DNA of 64,000 nt from Candidatus Multivoradales bacterium (GTDB lineage: Bacteria > Acidobacteriota > Thermoanaerobaculia > Multivoradales > JAHEKO01), in contig CBDCVR010000013.1 in NCBI GenBank assembly GCA_965223155.1, forward strand, positions 918,659 through 982,658. The letters run 5' to 3'. The position numbers were made by a program, and so were the translations under genes. The number at the start of each line of letters is the position of its first letter. Positions within the stretch are counted from its first letter, which is position 1. Of the stretch, positions 35,710-44,781 are shown piece by piece. The notes under the pieces are model-generated. The model worked only from the letters and a program-made list of their open reading frames with translations. It had not been told where the DNA came from and ran no database searches.

Positions 35710-37356
35710 TTATTTGCAGGTCTTGCTGCCGGGCTTGCCCTTGCAAGCTCCCGAACAGCACTCGCTGTCGCTGGAGCAGGAAGCTCCCTTGGGCAGCAAG
35801 GTGCAGCCACCGCCCGTGGAGCCACAGTCGAGAGCGGCCACGGCATCGGCCGCCTGCACCAGTCCGAAGCCGTACGCGTTGTCCCGACCGGGATCGCCCA
35901 GATCGAGCGCGGTCGTGGTCATCGCATCGCGAATCTCCTGATTCGTGCAGGTGGCGTCCTGGCTCCAGACCAGAGCCGCCACACCGGCGACATGAGGCGT
36001 CGCCATCGACGTCCCGTCGTAGAACGAGTAGTTGCCGGTGGTGGTCGTGACCGTCGCCGACTGGCCGGTCATCGTTTCGAGGACCGCACCGTCGGTGCCG
36101 GACACGCCTACCGCCGGGATCGAAACCGCGGTTCCGCCGAGGGTGCCGCTGAAGAGCGCGGCGGCGTTGTTGAAGATGACGGTGCCGACACCGCCCTGGG
36201 ATTCACACTCCACCACCTTGTCGGCAAAGGAGATGTCCCCCCGGGAGATGAGGCAAACGCTGCCGGAAGCGCCCGCGCAATCGCCCGGGCTGCCCAGGCC
36301 GTCCACGGCGTTGCAGCGGTAGAGCGCGGCCGTGGCGCTGGCATCGGGCGAGCCTTCCATCCCGGTCGCCTCGTACCCGGAGCCGCCGACGGTGAGGCTC
36401 TCCTCGGTGCCGCCGCCCATGGCTACGGTCGAGCGCACGGCGACGCCCGGACCCGAGAGCTCGACCTGACTCGTCTGCTGCGAGAAATCCGCAACCACGT
36501 AGGCCGAATCGACGGCAGCGACTGAAACGACTGAATCGTAGGACGCCGGGTACGAGTGGCGAGTGTTGCCGTCGTTGCCGGCGGCCGCGATCGACAGCAC
36601 GCCGTCGTTGTAGGCGCTGTTGAAAGCGCGCTGCTCGGTACGGTTCTTGAGCGAACCGCCGAGGCTCATGTTGACGATGGTGGCCCCGGCCGCCGTGCAG
36701 GCGTCGAGGGCGGCAACCAGATCGGACGAGTAACCCCAGCTACAGCCCGAGGGCGAGCTGGCGTCATCCACGAACACCTTGACGATGTGCAAACCGACCG
36801 TGCCGCTGGGCGCGACACCCACCACGCCGACGCCGTTGGTCAGCGCGGCGATGGTCCCGGCAACGTGTGTGCCGTGATGGCAGATCGAAGTCGGGGCCAG
36901 CGGATCGCCAGAGCCGGGGTCCGGGCTGGCCTCGCCGGCGCTCAGCACCCGCAAGTCCTCATGCCCATTGGAGTAGCCGGAGTCGATGACGCAAACCGTC
37001 TGGTTACCGGCGGCGGCATCCGAAACCTGGTCCGCCTGAACAGCGGGAATGCCCCACGGAGTCGTCTGAGCCATCGGATAGCGAACGGCGTCCACCTCGA
37101 TGTACTCGATGTTGGGATTCTTGCGCAGGCCGTTGAGGGACCGAGCCGGAATCCGAGCGGCGACCGCGCCCTGATTGGGCAGGTCCCGGAGCACCTGAGC
37201 GCCCGCGGCATGCAGGGCCGAACGACCCTTGCCGGCATCCAAGAATGAAACGATGTAGCGATCGGCGTCGGGCTGCGCGGCCAGGACCGGCAGCGCACCC
37301 ACGCCAACCACCACGGCGAGAACCAACACGCACGCCCACTTCAGTGTCTTCTGCAA
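35710..37356 (-). CDS. Secreted S8 (subtilisin-family) serine protease with a PA-domain insert and a C-terminal 6-Cys knottin-like tail
   Basis: Catalytic blocks VCVIDSGY (Asp), HGTHVAGTIAA (His), GTSMATPHVAGVAALVWS (Ser). Start reassigned to TTG 37356, which follows AGGAGG-N6. Signal peptide KWACVLVLAVVVGVGALPVLAA. The tail is CGSTGGGCTLLPKGASCSSDSECCSGACKGKPGSKTCK. Confidence 0.9.
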   Translation of the reverse strand: MQKTLKWACVLVLAVVVGVGALPVLAAQPDADRYIVSFLDAGKGRSALHAAGAQVLRDLPNQGAVAARIPARSLNGLRKNPNIEYIEVDAVRYPMAQTTPWGIPAVQADQVSDAAAGNQTVCVIDSGYSNGHEDLRVLSAGEASPDPGSGDPLAPTSICHHGTHVAGTIAALTNGVGVVGVAPSGTVGLHIVKVFVDDASSPSGCSWGYSSDLVAALDACTAAGATIVNMSLGGSLKNRTEQRAFNSAYNDGVLSIAAAGNDGNTRHSYPASYDSVVSVAAVDSAYVVADFSQQTSQVELSGPGVAVRSTVAMGGGTEESLTVGGSGYEATGMEGSPDASATAALYRCNAVDGLGSPGDCAGASGSVCLISRGDISFADKVVECESQGGVGTVIFNNAAALFSGTLGGTAVSIPAVGVSGTDGAVLETMTGQSATVTTTTGNYSFYDGTSMATPHVAGVAALVWSQDATCTNQEIRDAMTTTALDLGDPGRDNAYGFGLVQAADAVAALDCGSTGGGCTLLPKGASCSSDSECCSGACKGKPGSKTCK

Positions 37357-37608
37357 TTGATTCCTCCTGTTGTCGTCGTGGCGAACCCCGCCCCCGGACA
37401 CCTAGGCGGTGCCGGCCCGAGGCTCACAAGGATTGGAAGAGAAACATAAACCGGGCGGATCGGACCACAGCAGCCGAATATTGTCAACTTTCGATGGTTT
37501 CGGGGCCCCAGAACGGCAAGATTTCGACAGCCACCGGCGTTGCCGCGTTCGTACGATCTCTTAGCATGCCGGCTCACCCGTGCCGCAATCCCGAAAGGAG
37601 CCACAGCC

Positions 37609-38121
37609 ATGGTCCCAACCCGATGCCTCGGTCTGATCGCAGTCCTCGCCATCACCGGAGCCGCTGCCGCGCAAACGCCTCCGCCCGCCTGCTCGGATGA
37701 GAAATCTCACGACTTCGACTTCTGGATCGGAGAGTGGGACGTCTACTCGGGCGACCAGCTCGCGGGCACCAATTCGATCCGACCTATCCTGGACGGCTGC
37801 GTGCTTCAAGAGACCTGGGCCGGAGCCACTGGGGCCGCGGGATCCAGTTTCAACTTCTACAACCCAGCGACCAAACAATGGCAGCAGTTCTGGGTCTGGC
37901 GTAACGGCACGACCCTCGAGGTCGCCGGCGGCCACGCCGACGGCAAGATGCACTTGACGGGAACCTCGAAGGACCCTCAGGGCAACGACGTCCAGCACCG
38001 GATCACCTGGTACGACAACGAGAACGGCACCGTACGCCAGCACTGGGAAGCGTCCCGGGACGGCGGCAAGACCTGGACGACCGCTTTCGACGGTCTCTAC
38101 AAGCGGCGCACCGACTCGTAG
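37609..38121 (+). CDS. Secreted protein of unknown function (lipocalin/DUF1579-like size and pattern)
   Basis: ATG 37609 after AAAGGAG, signal peptide LGLIAVLAITGAAAAQ, FDFWIGEWDV motif. Confidence 0.6.
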   Translation: MVPTRCLGLIAVLAITGAAAAQTPPPACSDEKSHDFDFWIGEWDVYSGDQLAGTNSIRPILDGCVLQETWAGATGAAGSSFNFYNPATKQWQQFWVWRNGTTLEVAGGHADGKMHLTGTSKDPQGNDVQHRITWYDNENGTVRQHWEASRDGGKTWTTAFDGLYKRRTDS

Positions 38122-38172
38122 CAGTCGGAACGGCAGCGCACCTCCCCACCGCGAGAGCGCCGACCCAAGACG

Positions 38173-39072
38173 CTATCCTCCCTCGAGCCCGAGCCGCCGG
38201 TACCAGTCCGCGGTACCCCGTCCGATCTCGTGCGGATACTCCTCGGGCGTGAAGTGCCGGCCCTTGCCCAGGAAGACCGTCTCGAGGTTGGGCAAGCGCC
38301 CGGACAGATCCTCGGCGACGGCAGGCGGAATAATGAACGCCGGCTCGACGTAGAACAGGAGCTTGGGCAGCTCGCCTGTCTGCAGCCACTCGTAGTAGGC
38401 GGTGACGGCGTCGTGCACCTCCGGCGGCTCGCCATCGAACGGAATCTGCGTAGGCCACACCCGCATCGCCTCCCGGTGCTCCGGATCCAGGTAGGGCTCC
38501 CGGTAGTGCGCCATCTCGGCGTCGAGGAACGGCCGCGCCGTCCCCGCGGGCAGGAGCTCTTCGACGAAGGCGTTCCTGGCCATCACCATGCGGCGGCCCT
38601 TGGCCGGATGGCGCAGGCGGCGGAAGACGAGGCGCAGCGGAAACGGTAGGTCCCGTAGGCGGGCCGGCCGGACGATGGCCTCCATGAAAACCAGGCCCTT
38701 GATCCTCTCCGGATGGCGCCGGGCCCAGTGGAAGCCAAGGGCACTGCCCCAGTCGTGCAGCACGAGCGTGACGCGATCGAGCTCGAGCCGGTCCAAGAGC
38801 TCGTCCAAGTACAGCGCGTGCTCGGCAAAGGTGTAGCCGATGTCCGGTTTGTCCGAGCGCCCCATGCCGATGAGGTCGGGCGCCACACACCTGCCCAGAC
38901 CGGACAGATGCGGAACGACGTTGCGCCATAGGTAGGACCAAGTGGGGTTGCCATGGAGCAGGACAAACGGGTCGCCCCGCCCTTCGTCCAGAAAATGCAT
39001 CCGCGAACCGCGAACTCGAAGCCAGTTGGCTTCGAACGGGTAATCGGTCGAGAGCGATGCTTGGTCCGGCAT
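38173..39072 (-). CDS. Haloalkane dehalogenase-type alpha/beta hydrolase
   Basis: MHFLDEGRGDPFVLLHGNPTWSYLWRNV, PDLIGMGRSDKP, the nucleophile elbow VLHDWGSALG, and a cap plus C-terminal His region. Confidence 0.8.
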   Translation of the reverse strand: MPDQASLSTDYPFEANWLRVRGSRMHFLDEGRGDPFVLLHGNPTWSYLWRNVVPHLSGLGRCVAPDLIGMGRSDKPDIGYTFAEHALYLDELLDRLELDRVTLVLHDWGSALGFHWARRHPERIKGLVFMEAIVRPARLRDLPFPLRLVFRRLRHPAKGRRMVMARNAFVEELLPAGTARPFLDAEMAHYREPYLDPEHREAMRVWPTQIPFDGEPPEVHDAVTAYYEWLQTGELPKLLFYVEPAFIIPPAVAEDLSGRLPNLETVFLGKGRHFTPEEYPHEIGRGTADWYRRLGLEGG

Positions 39073-39185
39073 ACGCCAAGCCTAACGGATGGTCGCACGA
39101 GGCACGCGCTCCTGGCCAAGACCCTCAACGCACCGGAGCACGGTCTCCGCATTCGGTCGGGCCATCCGTGGTCTGACAGTCAGGC

Positions 39186-39266
39186 TTCCTTGACTTTTCT
39201 TCCATTTTCCTAGACTTTCTGCTAGGTTATCTTATCGATTTATCTAGTTTCCTTGACTTCAAGGAA
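39186..39266. promoter_or_regulatory. AT-rich divergent promoter/operator region with a repeated TTCCTTGACTT box, one copy inside a perfect palindrome
   Basis: TTCCTTGACTT occurs at 39186-39196 and again at 39249-39259. The second copy forms TTCCTTGA-ct-TCAAGGAA (39249-39266). Both carry a TTGACT -35-like hexamer, and TAGACT lies 15 nt after the first. The region is far more AT-rich than its surroundings. Confidence 0.45.
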
Positions 39267-39307
39267 CGAGCCCATCGCTCGCCCTGTCTCCATACGAGGT
39301 ACCAACC

Positions 39308-39895
39308 ATGAGCTCCACCGTCACCTACGCGATGAAACTCTGGCAGTCCTGCGCCAGCCCGACCGCCGGCTGGCTCCTGGTGGGCCTGCCCTTCGCCCTC
39401 TTGGCCCTCGGCGCCGGGCAGGACGTCGCCGGGGCAATGACCCGGCTGCTGGCGGTCCTACTAGTCGCCGGATTGCTCTGGGCTCGAGGGCTCGGACCGG
39501 CCGGCCTCTGGGCCGATCGGGTCTTCACCGCTCTGTGGCTCCTCGGCTGGGCCGGCGCCTTGGGATCGATCACCACGGCGCGCGGCTGGCCCGAGTCTCC
39601 GTCCGGCTCGCTGAGCTTTGTGGTGGCGCTCTTCGTCGGCGCCGGGTGGCTGAGCTGGGCGGTTCACCAACGCCTTGAGGCTCCCCGGGATGCCGAATTC
39701 GATACCGACGCTCCCGCCATGCCCGCGCCGCCTGTCGCGGTGGTCGCCACCTGGACGCTTGCGGTCCTGGCCTTTGCTCTTCTCTATCGCGAAGGCCTCG
39801 TCGGCTGGGCGGACTCGGTCGTGGTGGGCTCCGCGCTCGCCCTCTTCACGGCATTTCAGCGATTCGAAGCGCCGACCGCTGAAGAGGCCGGCTAG
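39308..39895 (+). CDS. Membrane protein of unknown function (co-oriented with the XRE regulator)
   Basis: GAGG RBS, 4-5 hydrophobic helices (GWLLVGLPFALLALG, LLAVLLVAGLLWA, VATWTLAVLAFALLY). Confidence 0.6.
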   Translation: MSSTVTYAMKLWQSCASPTAGWLLVGLPFALLALGAGQDVAGAMTRLLAVLLVAGLLWARGLGPAGLWADRVFTALWLLGWAGALGSITTARGWPESPSGSLSFVVALFVGAGWLSWAVHQRLEAPRDAEFDTDAPAMPAPPVAVVATWTLAVLAFALLYREGLVGWADSVVVGSALALFTAFQRFEAPTAEEAG

Positions 39896-39952
39896 CACCA
39901 GCGGCGCGACGGCCGGGAAGCGGCCGCAGCGATTCCGAGCGATGCCGCAGCC

Positions 39953-40183
39953 ATGAAGAACCGGCTCAAGGTCCTGCGCGCCGAGCGGGACTGGTCGCAA
40001 GCCGATCTGGCCGAGCGCCTGGGCGTCTCCCGGCAGTCGGTCAACGCGGTCGAGCGCGGCAAGCACGCCCCCAGCCTGCCGCTTGCCTTCCGGATCGCCC
40101 ACGTCTTCGGCCACCGGATTGACGAGATCTTCTTTCCGGAACCGGCGCCGGTCCATGGCTCGGACGCCCAGCCGAGGGACTGA
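39953..40183 (+). CDS. XRE-family helix-turn-helix transcriptional regulator (small, YozG-like)
   Basis: LKVLRAERDWSQADLAERLGVSRQSVNAVERGKHAPSLPLAFRIAHVFG. Confidence 0.85.
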   Translation: MKNRLKVLRAERDWSQADLAERLGVSRQSVNAVERGKHAPSLPLAFRIAHVFGHRIDEIFFPEPAPVHGSDAQPRD

Positions 40184-40238
40184 GCGGGCCGCGAACTTGG
40201 GTGTCCCGCATCGATCCGGATAGTCTCGAGCCGGTCTC

Positions 40239-41024
40239 ATGCAGTACAAGATCGGCATCGTCCTTTCCGGCGGCGGCACTCGCGGCGTCGCCCATATCGG
40301 AGTCTTGCAGGCGCTCCGGGAGCACGGCATCGAGCCGGAGTGCATCGCCGGAACCAGCGCCGGCGCCCTGGTCGGCGCGCTCTACGCCGCCGGCTACTCG
40401 GCCGAGGAGATGCTGGAGTTCTTCGCTCGCAAGCGGCCCTTCGCGGTCTCCAAGTTCTCTCTCGCCAAGCCCGGCCTCGTGGACACCCACAAGGTCTGGG
40501 ACGACTTCCACGAATACTTCCCCGACGACCGATTCGAGGCGCTCCAGCGCAAGCTCTTCGTCACCGCCACCGACATCGTCAACGCCCGCCAGGAGATCGT
40601 CACCTCCGGACCTTTGGTGGCCGCTCTCCTGGCCTCCTCGGCGATCCCGATGGTCTTTACCCCGATCCAGATCGAAGGGCGCTGGTTCGCCGACGGCGGC
40701 ATCATCAACAACTTCCCGATCGAGCCCCTCAAGGTCCTGTGCGACGCCATCCTCGGCGTCTACGCCTCGCCGCTACGCACCGCCGACAGGATTGACTTGA
40801 AGAGCGCATGGGCGGTCTCGCAGCGGGCCTTCGAGGTCGCCATGTACCACGGTTCGAAAGGCAAGTTCCGCGAGTGCGACATGCTTCTCTGTCCCGAGGA
40901 GCTGGGCGCCTACGGTGCCTTCGACACCAAGCGCATGGACGAGATCTACGAGATCGGATACCGCTCGGCGATCCGGCGCATGGACGCGATCCAGCGTCGC
41001 CTGGAGGCCAAGCTTTGCCTCTAG
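40239..41024 (+). CDS. Patatin-like phospholipase
   Basis: GIVLSGGGTRGVAHIGV (oxyanion), GTSAG (GxSxG), ADGGIINNFP (catalytic Asp). Confidence 0.9.
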   Translation: MQYKIGIVLSGGGTRGVAHIGVLQALREHGIEPECIAGTSAGALVGALYAAGYSAEEMLEFFARKRPFAVSKFSLAKPGLVDTHKVWDDFHEYFPDDRFEALQRKLFVTATDIVNARQEIVTSGPLVAALLASSAIPMVFTPIQIEGRWFADGGIINNFPIEPLKVLCDAILGVYASPLRTADRIDLKSAWAVSQRAFEVAMYHGSKGKFRECDMLLCPEELGAYGAFDTKRMDEIYEIGYRSAIRRMDAIQRRLEAKLCL

Positions 41025-41079
41025 CCAGGATCCCGGCAAGCCGGTCCGGCTTCCAGGCCGGCTCGACGTCGGTGCAGCG

Positions 41080-42096
41080 CTAGCCGGCGCGACGCGATTC
41101 GCTTCGCGCCGAGCGCAGGGCCGCGATCGAGAAGCTGAGCGGAATCAGCACCAGGGTCAGGGCGTAGAAGCGGACCCCCGGCAGGTTGGCCTGAGCCTGG
41201 GGGGCCAGGGCGCCGATCAGATTCGAGACCGTCACCGGCAGCAGGCCCAGCAGCGTGCCGCCCAGCATCAGGTTGAGCCCGTGCTGCCGGCGCTCGTCGA
41301 AGCTCGACTTGCGAAAGCGCCGAATCATGGCCACCAAGGCCCATCCGAAGAAGCTCACAATGAAGACTCCGACCAGAACCCCGACGATGCGGTTGAAGCT
41401 GCCGGTGGCGTCAGGCTGGGCCACGGTCATGAAGAGAAAGAACAGCGCCAGGGCGATGGCCGGTGCATACATGGCGGTCGAAGCCCAGACCTTGGACAGG
41501 AATCGACGCGGCGCGGGAAAGGCCATCAGGTAGTGAACCAGAAACGCGAAGCCCAAAATCACCGCCGAGGTCGAGATCGCCCCGCCCAGGGTGCGCAGGA
41601 AATAGGACGGCGAGTACGGCGCCGGGATGAACGCCACGGCGAAGCACAGTCCGAAAAGAGCCAGGATCAGCGTCGACGCCGAGGGCACCCTATGAAACGC
41701 CCAAAGGGGAAACAGCAGGAAGCAAAATCCGGTCACGGCGTAGGCGAGGGAGGCCAGAAGCAGTGGTGGAGAAAGCTTCTCGTAGACCAGCTCGATCTCG
41801 CGCCGCATGCCGTCGTGGGTGACGACAAAGGTCCGGGCCTCGCCGACCGCCGGGCGCTCGCGCCGTGCCAGAGCCTTGGTGTCGGTGATTGAGATCCCGC
41901 CGATGCTCTCGATGACATCGCCTGGCGCCAGGCCCGCCTTCTCCGCCGCGCTTCCGGGAAAGACCCGCATGACGTCGTTGTCGGGACCGCGGAAGAACCC
42001 TGCGTAAGGCACGTTGCCGAGGTCCATCAGCCCGAGAAAGCCCACGATGGCGACGATCGCGGCCACGAGAAATAAAACGGGCTTGTACTGGGCCAT
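41080..42096 (-). CDS. PDZ domain-containing polytopic membrane protein
   Basis: Trimmed to ATG 42096 after GGAGAGG. The PDZ core is VFPGSAAEKAGLAPGDVIESIGGISI, followed by about 7 TM helices. Confidence 0.7.
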   Translation of the reverse strand: MAQYKPVLFLVAAIVAIVGFLGLMDLGNVPYAGFFRGPDNDVMRVFPGSAAEKAGLAPGDVIESIGGISITDTKALARRERPAVGEARTFVVTHDGMRREIELVYEKLSPPLLLASLAYAVTGFCFLLFPLWAFHRVPSASTLILALFGLCFAVAFIPAPYSPSYFLRTLGGAISTSAVILGFAFLVHYLMAFPAPRRFLSKVWASTAMYAPAIALALFFLFMTVAQPDATGSFNRIVGVLVGVFIVSFFGWALVAMIRRFRKSSFDERRQHGLNLMLGGTLLGLLPVTVSNLIGALAPQAQANLPGVRFYALTLVLIPLSFSIAALRSARSESRRAG

Positions 42097-42226
42097 TCTG
42101 CCTCTCCTTCGCCAAGAAGACCGACCCGCGGTCTTCCCGGCCGGGCTAGCTCTTCCTACGCGGACTCGACCCGAAGGTTTGCCGCTTCGAGCCAGACCGA
42201 GGGTCAGGTGTCTGCCGGCCAAGGTA

Positions 42227-43132
42227 TCAGGACGGACTCGGTCGAGACAAACGCCGGACGGCGGCCGCCGTCAGGCGCCGCTTGACGCCGGCCACGAACC
42301 GGTCAAGGGCCGGCGGCGACTGGGGAAAAAACAGCGACGGTTCGATGAGCTCGAGCTCCATGACCGCCGGCTCGCAGCCGTCGGTCTCGAGGGGCGCTAG
42401 ATCGATCCGCGCGTAGAGCAACTCGACGTTCAGGTGCGCCCGGACCGCGTCGATCGCGCGCTGCGCCAACTCGCGCTCGGCCGCCGCGATCGCGACCGGT
42501 CGAGGGTCCACCGATTCGTCGTCCCCCTCGAACCGCGGACGCTTGCGCACGGCGTGGGTCAGCTCGCCGTCGATCCACACCAAGGCCCGCTCGCCGTAGG
42601 TCGCGACCGTCGGCACGAACGCCTGCACCAGGACGTCGCCGGCCCGGACCAGATCCCGCAGGTGCATCTCGCCGGCTTCGATCGCGGACGCCTCCACCAG
42701 CAGGGTCCGGTAGGACGCCGCGGAAACCGCTGGCTTGACCACCGCGACGCGCCACCTCCGGCGCTCGAGGACGGCCGTCAGGAGCTCGCCCGAACCGGCG
42801 GCTACGAGCTCGGTGGGCACGGTTCGGAGCCCCCACCGCTCGAGTTCGAGAAGATAGGACTTGTGCAGGTTCCAACGCACCGCCGGCAACGGGTTCCAGA
42901 GCTCGGAGACCGCCGCCGCTTGCTGGGCCCAGGCCAAGAACCGGTCCGGCGCATGGGGATAGTTCCAGGTCGAGCGCAGGATGGTCAGCGCCGCCCGGTC
43001 CCAAACCTCACCGGCACCGTCCCACGGCCGCACCGCGCAGGAAATACCAGCGCGCCGGAGTCCATCCACTAGCGGTCGCTCGTCGTGGTCCGGTTCCGGC
43101 AACTCGGCACAAGAGGCCAGCTGGACGTCCAC
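42227..43132 (-). CDS. ATP-grasp fold enzyme (RimK/glutathione-synthetase-like)
   Basis: VAVVKPAVSAASYRT, VLVQAFVP, GERALVWIDGELTHAV, LYARIDLAP...VMELELIEPSLFF. The track ORF extends to 43261, which would overlap the DinB gene. GTG 43132 is preferred but uncertain. Confidence 0.6.
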   Translation of the reverse strand: MDVQLASCAELPEPDHDERPLVDGLRRAGISCAVRPWDGAGEVWDRAALTILRSTWNYPHAPDRFLAWAQQAAAVSELWNPLPAVRWNLHKSYLLELERWGLRTVPTELVAAGSGELLTAVLERRRWRVAVVKPAVSAASYRTLLVEASAIEAGEMHLRDLVRAGDVLVQAFVPTVATYGERALVWIDGELTHAVRKRPRFEGDDESVDPRPVAIAAAERELAQRAIDAVRAHLNVELLYARIDLAPLETDGCEPAVMELELIEPSLFFPQSPPALDRFVAGVKRRLTAAAVRRLSRPSPS

Positions 43133-43214
43133 GGCCGGAGCCTGCCGCAAAGCCGAGCCACCCTCGTCCACACGGTCCCCCAAAGAACGTACTCGATCCG
43201 CGAACTCGACCCGG

Positions 43215-43901
43215 TCAGTGCGGAAAGGCGGGCTCGGCCATGACCTCCACGATCTGAGCATTGTGGCGCATGTTGTGAAGGCCGATCATCACGATCCACT
43301 GGAAGCCGTTCACCGGACCAAACGCCGGATGCTCGGCCGCGTACATCTTGACCGGCGCGTCCGTCTCCCGCACGAAGGCGACCCACTTGTCCCGAGACTC
43401 GGCCAGGCGCGCCAGCGCCTCGGCCCGTCCCAGCTCGCCGCTGGGCGCGAACGGGGCGGGTGCCTGGAACTTCCGGAGCCGGTTCGGCATGAACTTGTAG
43501 ATCGCCGTCATTGTAGTGCCCAGCTCGTCCCAGCCCTCGTAGGCGTCCCCGGCCATGGCCTCCTCGAGAGCACCGAAGAGTCCCTCGGTGGCAGCCAGGT
43601 GCTCGACGACCTCGCCGACGCTCCACCGGTCCTCGGCGGGCTTCCACACCCAGGCCTCATCCGAGAGATCCGAGACCTTCTCCAGCAAGTACTGATGGGT
43701 GCCTTCGAGCAGCAGCACCAGCTCGTCACGCTCCTTGTCGGTCAACTGGGCGGCAGAAGTGTCCGAGCCCTCGGAACTCTCGACCTCCTCATCCTGGCTC
43801 GCGCTCGTTTCGTGCCCATCAGCCCGGAGCCCGGGAGCCACGGCCACCAGCAAGGCGAGAGCAATCCAGCTCGTGTTGCGTAGAACTCTAGTCTTCGTCA
43901 T
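43215..43901 (-). CDS. DinB-family (DinB_2) protein with a signal peptide
   Basis: Trimmed to ATG 43901 after AAGGAG. WSVGEVVEHLAATE, IGLHNMRHNAQI. Confidence 0.75.
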   Translation of the reverse strand: MTKTRVLRNTSWIALALLVAVAPGLRADGHETSASQDEEVESSEGSDTSAAQLTDKERDELVLLLEGTHQYLLEKVSDLSDEAWVWKPAEDRWSVGEVVEHLAATEGLFGALEEAMAGDAYEGWDELGTTMTAIYKFMPNRLRKFQAPAPFAPSGELGRAEALARLAESRDKWVAFVRETDAPVKMYAAEHPAFGPVNGFQWIVMIGLHNMRHNAQIVEVMAEPAFPH

Positions 43902-44050
43902 CGTAGAGGCTCCTTTCAGCTTGGTTCTATCGGCCCATCGGCCCCATTCGGTCCCCCGGTCCGGCCGGTCGCCAGCGGCCTCCGGCATGGATCCTGCGAG
44001 GGATACGCATTGTAGCGAAACGTCCTGGCAGCAAGCCCTGGAGGAACCCC

Positions 44051-44647
44051 ATGTCCAAGAAGAACCAGCCGACAGTCTTGTGGATTCTGGTCGTCGCCAC
44101 GGTCCTCGGCGGCCCGCACGCCGCCAGGGCGGAAAATCCCTTCTACCTCTTCGGAAAAATCGGCTCGACCGAAGTCGATGTCCAGCTCGAGGACGCCTTC
44201 GACCGCATCCTGGACGGCGACGACGACAGCCGGGGCTACGGCCTGGGCGCACGGTTCGGAGACCATCTGGTCTTCGAGCTCCAGTACCAGGACTTCGGTG
44301 AGGTACCGGGCTTTGCCGGGCCTTGCGACGACACCAAGCTGTGCGTTGCCCAGGTGGTGCCGGTGGCGGGCGCGACCGAGGCCTACTCGCTGTCCTTCCT
44401 TCCTCACTGGCCGCTCTCCGAGCGTTTTTCCGTGTACGGCAAGATCGGGGTCGTGTCCTGGGAAACCGAGCTCTCGGAGGTCTTGCCCGACATTGAAACC
44501 CGAATCGACACCGTCGACGACGAAGACCTCGTCTACGGCGCGGGACTGCGTTTTCTGCTACCTGGCCCCTTCGGCGTCTTCCTCGAGTTCGAACGCTTCG
44601 CCGACAGCTTCGAGACGCTTTCGGCCGGTGCCACCTGGGGTTTCTAG
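44051..44647 (+). CDS. Outer-membrane beta-barrel protein (OmpA-N/OmpW-like small barrel)
   Basis: Signal peptide ending AARA, alternating-hydrophobic strands, C-terminal ...SAGATWGF. Confidence 0.75.
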   Translation: MSKKNQPTVLWILVVATVLGGPHAARAENPFYLFGKIGSTEVDVQLEDAFDRILDGDDDSRGYGLGARFGDHLVFELQYQDFGEVPGFAGPCDDTKLCVAQVVPVAGATEAYSLSFLPHWPLSERFSVYGKIGVVSWETELSEVLPDIETRIDTVDDEDLVYGAGLRFLLPGPFGVFLEFERFADSFETLSAGATWGF

Positions 44648-44781
44648 ACCGACCGTCCTACCCAGAGTCGGTCCCAGAACCGCGGGCCCCTCGCCTGTTT
44701 CGTCAGGCTCCGTCCCCGGCCATGCCGGACTCCGCGGACACGGCTAGCCAGCCGCCTCGACGGACGGTATCTTAGGCCGCC

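Noticed and set aside
33871-36525. 884-aa plus-strand ORF spanning several genes
   Set aside because: It overlaps the coiled-coil lipoprotein and YdjM-like genes out of frame and is antisense to the S8 protease. It has an Arg/Pro-rich, low-information composition.
40239-41024. Patatin as a CBASS (CapV-like) effector
   Set aside because: There is no CD-NTase/cyclase or other CBASS component adjacent. The neighbours are an XRE/membrane pair and a PDZ membrane protein.
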